IMG/VR virus record: IMGVR_UViG_3300035659_001296
Location: 1-27,931 of that record
DNA: 27,931 nucleotides
Direction: 5' to 3' (one strand)
Source of the DNA: a virus
Lineage: Duplodnaviria > Caudoviricetes
Part shown: in pieces, positions 8,293 to 16,779 of the stretch
Layout of the letters: every line of letters starts with the position of its first letter
Numbering within the stretch: the first letter of the stretch is position 1
Notes under the pieces: model-generated
The model's input: the letters and a program-made list of their open reading frames with translations, nothing else
What the model was told of the DNA's origin: nothing
Databases searched by the model: none
Position numbers and translations under genes: made by a program

Positions 8293-9072
8293 GTCTGCAG
8301 CTCCTGTTTGCGGTGCGTATTTCTGCTGACCGGGTTTCTTGCCAGGTCCTTTGACCGGTTGTCGCAAGAACGTGTTGCTGCAACCGGGAGACGCGAAGGC
8401 CGGCGCCGAGTAGCGGGTGACGGTCACGCCGGCCTGCTGTTCGGCCCGATACCGAGCCGGCAGGGAGAGCCGGGGAGCCTCAGCACCCAACACGGCGATC
8501 GGATCGAAGTGCATGTGGATCGGGTCGTTGTCGAAGGTCCACAGCTCCACACTGCGACGGGGCTTCCGTTGCAGCTGGCCGGAGCAGTCCTTGAAGTGCC
8601 ACTCGTCGGCGAAGATCCCCCAGCGAGGCTTATGGCGACCGAGCATCCCCAGTCGGTAAGGACCTGCGTAACCGACAATGGGAGGATCGGTCTGATCCGG
8701 ATCTTCCGGGTTGGGAGTATGACCATCAACCAGCGGGGAAAAACCGTCGAAGTCCACGATCCGCTCGTTGCAGGTCCGCACGATCCGGATCATTGCCGGC
8801 AGGTCATAGTGCCGGAGCTCGCCTTCCGCGTTGGTGGTCTCGTGTTCGGCGAACAGACAAACCGACGGGTTGCTCACGTACCGGGCGCCACCGAACGTCC
8901 GGTGAGATATCAGAGCCGCCTCGGAAGGACCTTGCGACTGCGACCAGGCCGCCCAGATGGCCTGATTCCGCTCGTCTGGATCAGTAATCCAAGCACTGAG
9001 GAGCCGGTGGGCACGGACGATGTAGTGTTCTTCCGTTTCCGCTGGTTCGGGCAGTGGGATAGTGTTCTGCAT
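7276..9072 (-). CDS. Prohead protease-scaffold fusion, Mu gpI-like (598 aa)
   Basis: PLVDGHT (putative catalytic His), PIVGYA, PRRSVELW (putative catalytic Ser) and IAVLGAEAPRL match the Mu-like protease layout. The start was moved to ATG 9072 because the ORF-track extension runs through a terminator hairpin. Confidence 0.75.
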   Translation of the reverse strand: MQNTIPLPEPAETEEHYIVRAHRLLSAWITDPDERNQAIWAAWSQSQGPSEAALISHRTFGGARYVSNPSVCLFAEHETTNAEGELRHYDLPAMIRIVRTCNERIVDFDGFSPLVDGHTPNPEDPDQTDPPIVGYAGPYRLGMLGRHKPRWGIFADEWHFKDCSGQLQRKPRRSVELWTFDNDPIHMHFDPIAVLGAEAPRLSLPARYRAEQQAGVTVTRYSAPAFASPGCSNTFLRQPVKGPGKKPGQQKYAPQTGAADMSFAPEDLQQLISAISETPQFQFLSSLMGQQGGCDDDGPPVAAPGEQPEKNVLPAIPAVIGAAGAAAGGTAAAGGTAAAAGGTAAALGGAAARTAGTAAAGTAARGAAASGAGKAALGSTANPVTAKAFGAPTIRTAGAPPLPKAAAAGGGGGSWGTAMKVANHPATWGATGGYMLGKSGRNSLLAATGSLPAKYGQLQRAHNQLAQDHVQLSQQVGKLLRRRADGQRLTALRRLADRYPAFVDLDEECRVSLYSRGSQLGQRAFAAHLATVEKYARLSGRGTGSRQPQNASQDKYAAKLSRVAVQIHTTAVNAGKPGLTWDEAKAAAQKQLASRARR

Positions 9073-9086
9073 ACTGCGAAAAGTCC

Positions 9087-9142
9087 AAAAAAAAAGACCG
9101 GCCAGCAGACAGGGATGTGAGTCCCATTCTGCTGGCCGGTCT
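9087..9142 (-). terminator. Intrinsic terminator/attenuator
   Basis: Perfect 15-bp inverted repeat (9095-9109 AGACCGGCCAGCAGA / 9128-9142), an extra GGGA/TCCC inner stem, and a 9-U tract on the minus strand. Confidence 0.85.
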
Positions 9143-9167
9143 GTGTAAGATGCGGCCAAGGAGCTGC

Positions 9168-9416
9168 TTAAATTGTAGGACGGTTACTGGGCAATAAGGC
9201 CTGGTGCTGGTCGACCAGGTCCTCCATGCTTGTCGGTATCCCCTTCTTCCAAAAGATCGTGATGGTCATCCTGCCCGTAAAATCCGGACTGTACCTGAGC
9301 TCACGTACCGCGCGCTCGTTCAGCCGCAGCTGAGCAGCCCGGATGCCACCTGTCTGCAACTCACTCCTGTCTACTTTGGCGTCTATGGGGTTCTGCGTCA
9401 AGACGAAGTCCGCCAA
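9168..9416 (-). CDS. Small protein, possibly DUF2292/YezD-like
   Basis: 82 aa. FTGRMTITIFWKKGIPTSME resembles the F/Y-G-x-h-x-h-x-h-x-x-G-h hairpin of that family (by eye). It ends 25 nt before the terminator. Confidence 0.5.
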   Translation of the reverse strand: MADFVLTQNPIDAKVDRSELQTGGIRAAQLRLNERAVRELRYSPDFTGRMTITIFWKKGIPTSMEDLVDQHQALLPSNRPTI

Positions 9417-9417
9417 T

Positions 9418-9777
9418 CTAGCCCTTCGGGTCGACTGTAATCACGCCAGACGCGTTGCCGACCCATTTGATCCACTTGGCCTGGCCGAGACTCGGATCGA
9501 TGTCGTTGCTGATCCCGGCCTCCACGACCTGGGCGGCGCTCGCGCGGGCGAAGCTCTTGTGCAACTGATACGTGCCAGTCTTGGTCGAAGAGACATAGGG
9601 GGTAAGCGACGTCAGGGAACTGCCAACCGGCACATGCATCTCGCCATTGCTACAGTTTTCCATGCGGAACGGCGTGCAGTTGGCGATGTTGGACAAGATG
9701 TCGATCTGTAAAGTCACGGTGGGCGAGCTTGTACGTTGAGCGTCAACCACGAGATGGTTCCTTTTGCAGAGATTCAC
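9418..9777 (-). CDS. Hypothetical beta-rich protein, possibly virion-associated
   Basis: 119 aa, tightly packed between its neighbours, beta-strand-like composition. Start codon uncertain. Confidence 0.55.
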   Translation of the reverse strand: MNLCKRNHLVVDAQRTSSPTVTLQIDILSNIANCTPFRMENCSNGEMHVPVGSSLTSLTPYVSSTKTGTYQLHKSFARASAAQVVEAGISNDIDPSLGQAKWIKWVGNASGVITVDPKG

Positions 9778-9781
9778 GAAA

Positions 9782-10006
9782 TCAACGAAGCGAAGCGGAC
9801 AGCCAGCGAGTCAAGTCGATGAGTTGATCCATGAAGGCCTGTTGGTTGCGATTGTCGGTGTTCCCCACGTCCGGGAAGTCGACGTAGAGATCTTCTATCG
9901 CATCCCCAAAGGCCTTAATCGCAGCACGCAAAGCCGCCCGTACGGCAGCGTCAGCCGATACGGTATTTATGTCGATGCGGGTCGCGTCACTGTATACCAT
10001 GATCAC
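9782..10006 (-). CDS. Hypothetical small helical protein
   Basis: 74 aa. The GTG start overlaps the stop of the giant gene; an alternative ATG lies at 10000. Confidence 0.6.
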   Translation of the reverse strand: MIMVYSDATRIDINTVSADAAVRAALRAAIKAFGDAIEDLYVDFPDVGNTDNRNQQAFMDQLIDLTRWLSASLR

Positions 10007-13000
10007 ACTCCTGATTCTTGTAATCGCACTCGCTGGATTGCTCTGTTCAATTCAATCCGGACTCGCTTGGCAAGCCGATCTTGTCGAGCGCTGTGCTTGT
10101 GTTCCTGCAGGACCGGCAACTGCAACGGATCCGCTCCGACGGGGCTCTGTGGTGCCGCCAGTTTACCACGCAGCGTATCCACCACAATCTGAACTAGTTT
10201 TGACGGGATCGACTTCTCGCCCTTGGATCCACCCTTGTCCATCCAATCTTGGGCATGCTTCTCGGCCGCCTGCCAGTTGATCTTGCCTGGCTCGACAACC
10301 CGCTGCGGTGCTCGGGTAGAAGCCACGTCCCGCACCAGCTTCATGTAATTGGGGTGGTCGACATTAACCTGCCAGAGCGGGTGTGGCTCCTTGCCGGGAA
10401 CCGGTTTGGGGATCTTGGCCAGGTGCCCGCGGCCACACAATTGCGAGAACCGCGGCACGATCCCCAGCTTGTCGCAGACGGCCAAATACTGTTCCTTGTC
10501 ATCGCCGTGGTGCTCCCGCGTGATCGGCAACTGCCAGTCCACTGTGACTTTCTTCGAGACCCCTCGTACGTTGACGGTGGTTGTGACCCGGTCGCCCTTG
10601 GCATGCCCGGGCGGCCAATGCTCATGCTGGAATCTCGAGAAGTCATCGTAGCCCAGGAATTTGTCGACGCTCCTGGGCACGGATCCGCTGTGGTAGGGGA
10701 TCATCATGTCGATCTCAGGATCATCCAGGCCAGTCATTAGCGCGTCCATCGACGTGGCTACCAGCATTGTCCCCACTTCGCCTGGCCGCTGCCGGCGGGC
10801 CTGCATCGCCTCCGCCTTGGGGTACGAAAGCATGTCCCACACAGGCTTGCCGCCCTGCTTCATGACGTTTCCGTGGATGTCGTGTGCGTACCCCAGCGAC
10901 AGGTTGAACTTGATGCCAGTCCCACCGAAGATGTCCAGGAAGGCCGGCATCCGCGTGTAGACGTGCGACATGCCTTGTTGGGCCTTCAGGTGAATCAGGA
11001 ACTGCTCGACCTCCAGCACATGCCAAGCCCGAAAGTCGCTCTGGGAGTTCATCCGGAAGCCGCCCGACTTGTTGTACTCCAGGACCTTCGCAGCTGCCTT
11101 ATCGTCCAGCAGTTGCTTGTCGTAGCTTGCCCAGCCCTTGGGCATGTTCGGCTTGAGCCCGCCTTGAATGCTCTTCGTGACCAGTTCCATGAACGCGGCT
11201 TGCGTTGGCGTCAGCTTGCCTTTGTAATCGCGCATCACGATGTCATGCACCACCGCCGGCTTGGACATCAGAGCCTTGATCTCCGGGTGAGTGCCGTACC
11301 TTTCGAGAGCTTGGAACAGCAATGAGAACTGGGGGCCTTTCTTTCCTTTTGGATTGAACCAGTAGAAGTGACCGAGATCTGAGTTGAAGACCGCTTTCAT
11401 CGCGTTGGCGCGTTCCTTGGTCGTCGGTCGCATCGTGGCGATCCGCTGCCCAAGGGGCTTGGCTTGCAGCTCCAGCCATTTGGGATAGATGTCGTCCGTT
11501 ACGGCCTTCACACCCTGCGCGGCGTTGTTGCGCGAGGACTGGCCGTAGCAGATATTGCAAGCCGATGTGAGGGACAGGTCCCCGATCACCATGTTGATAA
11601 TCGACCGGGCTTCCTTACCGAAGATCGTGCCCATTTTGTGTTGCACAGCCTTGATCACCGCGTTGAGCAAATCCTGCCGCGGACAGATGGTTGTGACATC
11701 GAACGTCTCTTTGAATAAGTCATCGCTATTGACGCGGATCGGATTGGCTGGCTTGCCCGTATGCGGATCGATGGCCCATTCCGGTTCCAGCTTCCGGAAA
11801 TCGCCGAAGATCCTGGCGGTCGCTTCCATCCCTTTGGCCAGCTCCGCCCGATCCTCGGCAGTGTACATCGCCTGCATCTGGAGATCTTCATTGAAGTTCT
11901 TGAGCCAGTCTTGCCAATCGCGAGTCGCGAACAACACGGCACTGGTGACAATCCGCCCGTCTTCTCGGATCCCAGACTCCGGCACTTCGGGATCCACGTC
12001 ACCGCGTCCGATCGTGGCGTCCACGGGTTGGTAGGCACCGCCATAGACCGCCTGGTTGAGCATGTCAACGACCGACTGGCGACGTCGCTTGATCTCCGGC
12101 AGGTTCTGCTTGATCTGGTAGGCCGCATAGCCCAACAACGCCGCCTTGTGAGCGACCTTGGCCCAATTGGTCGGTTTATCGAAGGTCCCTTCATCCAGCC
12201 GGCGAAGCGTGTTCCGCTGCTGAGCGACCTTGTCCCCGAACAGGGCTCGAAAGAAGTCCGCAATTCGGCTGAAGACCCCGTGCTCTTCGCGTCCTTCGTC
12301 AACCCAACGCTGATAGGCATAGGCCATCTGCTCGTGCCCACCAAACTGCTGCACCTCGTCCGCGCTGATGATCTCCAAGTCCTGCAGGCCATGGATCAGC
12401 TCGTGATTCATCTCACCGTCGGAAAAGTCCGGCGCCAAGATGATCTGGCCGTCTCGGTAGGCGCCGGCGATCGACCCAACGTTCTTCATGCCCCCAGCTT
12501 CGGCACTGGCAGCCGCCGCCGCGGGGCTGGCTTTCCACAGCCGAGCCAGCTCACCCTTCTCGGCCACACGAATCACAATCTTCTGGCCGTTGACCTCGGC
12601 CAGCACACCACCGTGTCCAAAGCTGAGGTTGGCATGCTGGAGCATCCCCTGCTGCTGCAACCGCTGGAGGATATCCTGCGGCGTGTGCCCCAGGTGGGCC
12701 GTCTCGGGATCCGGCTCTTCCGGCGTGGCGTGCGAGCTGTCACCGGTCTCGACGGCTTTCCGTTGCCCTGCTGATGCCTGTTGCATGGCGCCGCCCGGGA
12801 TCCATTGACCGGGAGGATAAAAGCGGCCCGCAATCGTCACTCCATGCGGCTTTGGTGAACGAGGTTGCGAGCCGCCATATTTTACCGGCTGTCCCGGTTG
12901 GCCGTAGAACGAGGGTTCCCGCCACGAATGCAGCGCAGTGCCCCCCATCGGCCGTGGCGTGGGTTGTTCAACGAACCGAGACAGCAGCCGGTAGTAGTTC

Positions 13001-16000
13001 GGATTCTCTTTGAGATGATCGCGGGCGATCTCCTGGGCCAGCCGCACATTGTGCGTATACTCCATCTCGACCATCGTGCCCAACATCAGCCACTGGGGAT
13101 CGAATTGTGACAACGGCACCCGATCCGCTCGGCCGCCGGGCACCATGTCACGCGTCGAGAACTTCTTCGCGGGGGTCCGGCCGGCCTTCGACGGCTTGGC
13201 ATTCCGCAACAGCTCCCGATCGATCTCGTCTGATTCGATACCGGATGAATGCAGCACCTGCTGCACATCGTCGTCCGTGAGCACCTTGTTGATCTTCAGG
13301 GATCCGCCAATCAGCCAGGCCCCGCCATTCATCTTCGAGGTGTTGAAGCGGTAGTGGCCATCCGCAGGGACCTTGTCACGAATATCCTTCGTCTTGGAGG
13401 TATTGGCTTTATCCTGCCAGGGCTGATCGTCCGGGAGTTCGACCTCAGCCCAGACGCGTCCTTCCTGAATCGTCCCCGTCTTCGTGGACCGCAAGTGCGG
13501 CGCCAATGGCAAGACTCCGGCGTGCCAGCCGGGCCGGGGTGCGTAGCCCTTTGTCGGCAAGTGCTCGGCATCCATCCATTTGCCGACCGGTGTTTCCTCG
13601 TCCTTCCCGATGAACAACGGAAACAGCTTCCCCGGCTGACTCTTGAGCGTGCGAAATTGCTTGTAGGCTTTGACGGTCTTCTGGGGCGCCGGCTTCGTGC
13701 GCACGGCAAACCGGATGTCGTCATGCTTCGGATCGTAGGTCCCCTGGTTGCCGGTGGCTGACTTGATCTGTTCGGCCTCGAAGACCACGTAGGTGTTGCC
13801 GCGCCGGGACGCGTCGTAGAAGTCCTTGAACTTCAGTCCGTCGTAGCCGCCTTTGCGAGCCTGCTCCCGGATCGAACTGGCGACAGACGGCACGTTCAGC
13901 ATCTGGTACAGGTCCCGGCCGCTGTACGGTAGCTCGGCAGGTGTCAGCTTGATCCCGTACTTGCCGAGGGCTTCGATCAGTTGCTTCGGCGAGACACTCC
14001 GCGCCCGCAAACTGGTCAAGTCGACCGGCTTCTTGATGCGCACATAGACCTGCTGCATCTGCGAGCCAACGCCCACCTTCGACGGCTTCCAGCCGAAATC
14101 GTTGCTGCCCTGTTCACTACTGGGGTTCTCTCGCAGGTCCCGCGCGATGGCCTGCAGCTTCGCCTTGTGCTTGACGATGTCGACAGCCAGGTCCTCACCG
14201 CTCTTCGACCAGTCGATCTTGAGCTCACTGAACTGCTGGAGGGCCTCGTGAGCCCGGTCCAGGTCCTGGGCGAAGCCGAGAGCCTTGCCACTGGCAATGT
14301 GTGTGAGTGAATACGCGTCGGTCAGCCCGGATATCTTGGTGATTGCCACACCAGGTACAGTCGTCTTCCAACCAGACTCGCTGTGCTTCCCGTCCTTACC
14401 AACTACCTGCACTTTGATGTTCGGTGGCTCGTCATGCTTCGGCAGCGGCTGATCACTGCCAGAGAACGCCTCCGCGAACTTAGGCGAGTCGCTGAAGTAG
14501 TGCCAGCCGATCTCGGACAGCTCACCACCTCCCCCGTATTTCGTGAAGGACTTGGACGTCCCGTGGTAGACCGGATCCTGGACAGTGCTATCGGCCAGGA
14601 ACCGTTGCAACTCCGGTGACTTGGGACGGGTAGCAAAGTGCGGTTCTGGTTTCGCGTAGTACCGATCGATGTCAGCCAAGATCTTGGAAGACTTCGTGCC
14701 GGCTTCGTACTCGTGGTAGAACTTTCCGTCAGAAGTTCTGTCGTATGATTCGCTACTGGATCGCCACTCTCCCAGACCGTTCTCGAGCGATAGTACCACT
14801 TCGCCGTTGAGACTCTCGATAACTTTGCGCAACTGCGTACGTTGGGCAGGCGTAGGCGGTTTGAGAATGTCGAACCCACCGGCTTCCGGCATACAGCGGA
14901 TGTAGCCCTGGTTCATCAACTCCTGCATGCCAGCCACACTACCAGCTTCCCGATGATCGAATGAGCGAACTTGCGGATCACCTCCGTGCTTAGAGCCTGA
15001 GAAGTCCAGAAAGCGACCGTCTGGATTGAGATAGCCGGCAGCCTTCCAGTTCTGAGTAAGTCCCAGCGAATTCAAGTGCCCCCACTCGACGTGCGACGTG
15101 CTGACTGCTTTGGCTTTCTTGCGATCATCAGCAGCGGTCTTGCCACCAGCAGCCTTATCGTAAGCTGCCTGCCAGTCTTCGTGAGTGAATCGCCCATCCT
15201 CGAACACGTGTCCCTTCTTCATGAGAGATCGCGCGTCCTCGCCACCCTTCACCTCATAGCCTTGGGACTTGAGGTGCTTGGACATGCGATTCAGGACATC
15301 ACGCGACAGCTTGTCTGGATCGATCTCGTCACGGGTAGCGAAGCTGGTCCCGCCCTTCTCGGCGAACTTGCCGTCTTTCGCCCGCGGGTGCTCGTGCTCA
15401 GCCCACTTGGCCGCGTACCGCACCGGGAAGCCCCAGCCATCGCGAACACTGTACCGCTGCACGTGAATTTCTTGGGCCAGGCCGGAGTTCTCAACCAACG
15501 CCTGCAGGCTGCCCCAGATATCGACACCGGCATCCTCGCCATGCTCTACTGACTTCTCGAGATACTTGGCGGCCCGCTCGAGCTTCCCCTCCTTGGCTGC
15601 ATCGTAAGCCTTGGTAGCCCACTGGCCAGCCAGGTCCAAGGCGTACTCCCAGCCCAACAGATCGGCTTGGATATTCTTCCAGTGATCGGCCATCTCGGTA
15701 CAGTGATCGCTGGCTGCTCGACGTTCAGCCGCAGTCCACTTTGCCCCAGGCTTCTGGAGGTCAAGCTTCGGGTCTTCACTCCGCAGTTGCTCGAACTGCT
15801 TTATTTCCTGCTCATCACCATGACCGGTGGTGAGATAATGGCGGGCCGCATAGTACATCTGAACTTGCGCATCAGCACTGTTGGAGTCCCACTCCGACAG
15901 GTCAATGTGCAACGGGTAGTACTCTCCCGGCTTGCCGTCCTGCAGAATGCCTTCCACTTGAAACTCGATCGCCCGGTACAGATCTTTGAACTCATCGAAA

Positions 16001-16779
16001 TCGAAACCGCCGGTGCTGGCGTTCGGCAAGACCGGCTCGACTTTGTCGAAGATGTCCTTGCGGACCAGTGCGAAATTCTGATGCGGATCGCTACCAACTG
16101 TCACAGCGATTCCCACGTAATTGGGATCACGCCGTCCCATGAGTCGCAATATCGACGAGTACAGCTTCTCGTGTGATTCGCTGGCACCGGTGAATGTGAT
16201 CACGCCCTCGCGATGATCCATCAAATCCTTGACGCCACCCAGTACATGCTTAAGGATCTCGCGAGCGTGCCCGCCCTCTGTGGCGTTGGTTGTCCCTCTT
16301 TCCGAACCGAGCGGCCCGCGCTCAAACCAGTAGTTGCAGACGTGTTCATTGTTCAAGGACAAGCGATCGGAACCGAGCAAAGACGCCAGCATACTGCCTA
16401 GGTCCTCGTCGCCAGGACTGAACGAACCGAACCTGGCCGGCGTGTAGAACACGTGCACGGTAGACTCGTCGGGATCACCGGCACCCACATCAAAGGACCA
16501 TTGCTGCCATTGCGGTCCGTATACCGACGCCTTCCAGTCGGGCTTGCCCAGCTCGTCTCGCACACTGAACTCGTAGTCGTCCGTCACAGGTTCCTTGTGC
16601 GACTTGCCTTTGCCGGCACCTTTGCCAGACCCTTTCGGTGCGAACTTGCCGTCATTCTTGCGAGGATGGGCCGACTCATCCCACCGCAGGCCGTGCTTGG
16701 TGACAGTCGCTACCAGCGTGACAGACTTGTCGGTCCAAAGAAGCTGTGCGTTCTGTGGCTGTGCTGTGGCGATCCGCAT
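10003..16779 (-). CDS. Giant multidomain 'polyvalent' protein (2258 aa): ART-like, DUF5661-like, zincin HExxH and Cys-containing radical-SAM/GP88-like domains plus unknown domains
   Basis: VYHGT...YFSDS...VYVRIKKP...GYDG...YVVFEAEQIKSATGNQGTYDP (ART-PolyVal-like). FDPQWLMLGTMVEMEYT...AQEIARDHLKENPNYYRLL (DUF5661-like). NHELIHG...EQMA (zincin). TICP-...-CNICY...FRMNSQSDF...HVYTR. The ATG overlaps the portal stop (TGATG). Confidence 0.85.
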   Translation of the reverse strand: MRIATAQPQNAQLLWTDKSVTLVATVTKHGLRWDESAHPRKNDGKFAPKGSGKGAGKGKSHKEPVTDDYEFSVRDELGKPDWKASVYGPQWQQWSFDVGAGDPDESTVHVFYTPARFGSFSPGDEDLGSMLASLLGSDRLSLNNEHVCNYWFERGPLGSERGTTNATEGGHAREILKHVLGGVKDLMDHREGVITFTGASESHEKLYSSILRLMGRRDPNYVGIAVTVGSDPHQNFALVRKDIFDKVEPVLPNASTGGFDFDEFKDLYRAIEFQVEGILQDGKPGEYYPLHIDLSEWDSNSADAQVQMYYAARHYLTTGHGDEQEIKQFEQLRSEDPKLDLQKPGAKWTAAERRAASDHCTEMADHWKNIQADLLGWEYALDLAGQWATKAYDAAKEGKLERAAKYLEKSVEHGEDAGVDIWGSLQALVENSGLAQEIHVQRYSVRDGWGFPVRYAAKWAEHEHPRAKDGKFAEKGGTSFATRDEIDPDKLSRDVLNRMSKHLKSQGYEVKGGEDARSLMKKGHVFEDGRFTHEDWQAAYDKAAGGKTAADDRKKAKAVSTSHVEWGHLNSLGLTQNWKAAGYLNPDGRFLDFSGSKHGGDPQVRSFDHREAGSVAGMQELMNQGYIRCMPEAGGFDILKPPTPAQRTQLRKVIESLNGEVVLSLENGLGEWRSSSESYDRTSDGKFYHEYEAGTKSSKILADIDRYYAKPEPHFATRPKSPELQRFLADSTVQDPVYHGTSKSFTKYGGGGELSEIGWHYFSDSPKFAEAFSGSDQPLPKHDEPPNIKVQVVGKDGKHSESGWKTTVPGVAITKISGLTDAYSLTHIASGKALGFAQDLDRAHEALQQFSELKIDWSKSGEDLAVDIVKHKAKLQAIARDLRENPSSEQGSNDFGWKPSKVGVGSQMQQVYVRIKKPVDLTSLRARSVSPKQLIEALGKYGIKLTPAELPYSGRDLYQMLNVPSVASSIREQARKGGYDGLKFKDFYDASRRGNTYVVFEAEQIKSATGNQGTYDPKHDDIRFAVRTKPAPQKTVKAYKQFRTLKSQPGKLFPLFIGKDEETPVGKWMDAEHLPTKGYAPRPGWHAGVLPLAPHLRSTKTGTIQEGRVWAEVELPDDQPWQDKANTSKTKDIRDKVPADGHYRFNTSKMNGGAWLIGGSLKINKVLTDDDVQQVLHSSGIESDEIDRELLRNAKPSKAGRTPAKKFSTRDMVPGGRADRVPLSQFDPQWLMLGTMVEMEYTHNVRLAQEIARDHLKENPNYYRLLSRFVEQPTPRPMGGTALHSWREPSFYGQPGQPVKYGGSQPRSPKPHGVTIAGRFYPPGQWIPGGAMQQASAGQRKAVETGDSSHATPEEPDPETAHLGHTPQDILQRLQQQGMLQHANLSFGHGGVLAEVNGQKIVIRVAEKGELARLWKASPAAAAASAEAGGMKNVGSIAGAYRDGQIILAPDFSDGEMNHELIHGLQDLEIISADEVQQFGGHEQMAYAYQRWVDEGREEHGVFSRIADFFRALFGDKVAQQRNTLRRLDEGTFDKPTNWAKVAHKAALLGYAAYQIKQNLPEIKRRRQSVVDMLNQAVYGGAYQPVDATIGRGDVDPEVPESGIREDGRIVTSAVLFATRDWQDWLKNFNEDLQMQAMYTAEDRAELAKGMEATARIFGDFRKLEPEWAIDPHTGKPANPIRVNSDDLFKETFDVTTICPRQDLLNAVIKAVQHKMGTIFGKEARSIINMVIGDLSLTSACNICYGQSSRNNAAQGVKAVTDDIYPKWLELQAKPLGQRIATMRPTTKERANAMKAVFNSDLGHFYWFNPKGKKGPQFSLLFQALERYGTHPEIKALMSKPAVVHDIVMRDYKGKLTPTQAAFMELVTKSIQGGLKPNMPKGWASYDKQLLDDKAAAKVLEYNKSGGFRMNSQSDFRAWHVLEVEQFLIHLKAQQGMSHVYTRMPAFLDIFGGTGIKFNLSLGYAHDIHGNVMKQGGKPVWDMLSYPKAEAMQARRQRPGEVGTMLVATSMDALMTGLDDPEIDMMIPYHSGSVPRSVDKFLGYDDFSRFQHEHWPPGHAKGDRVTTTVNVRGVSKKVTVDWQLPITREHHGDDKEQYLAVCDKLGIVPRFSQLCGRGHLAKIPKPVPGKEPHPLWQVNVDHPNYMKLVRDVASTRAPQRVVEPGKINWQAAEKHAQDWMDKGGSKGEKSIPSKLVQIVVDTLRGKLAAPQSPVGADPLQLPVLQEHKHSARQDRLAKRVRIELNRAIQRVRLQESGV

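Noticed and set aside
9073-9159. 29-aa N-terminal extension of the protease, and its T9 run as a possible frameshift site
   Set aside because: The extension is the terminator hairpin and U tract read as codons; ATG 9072 is the more plausible start.
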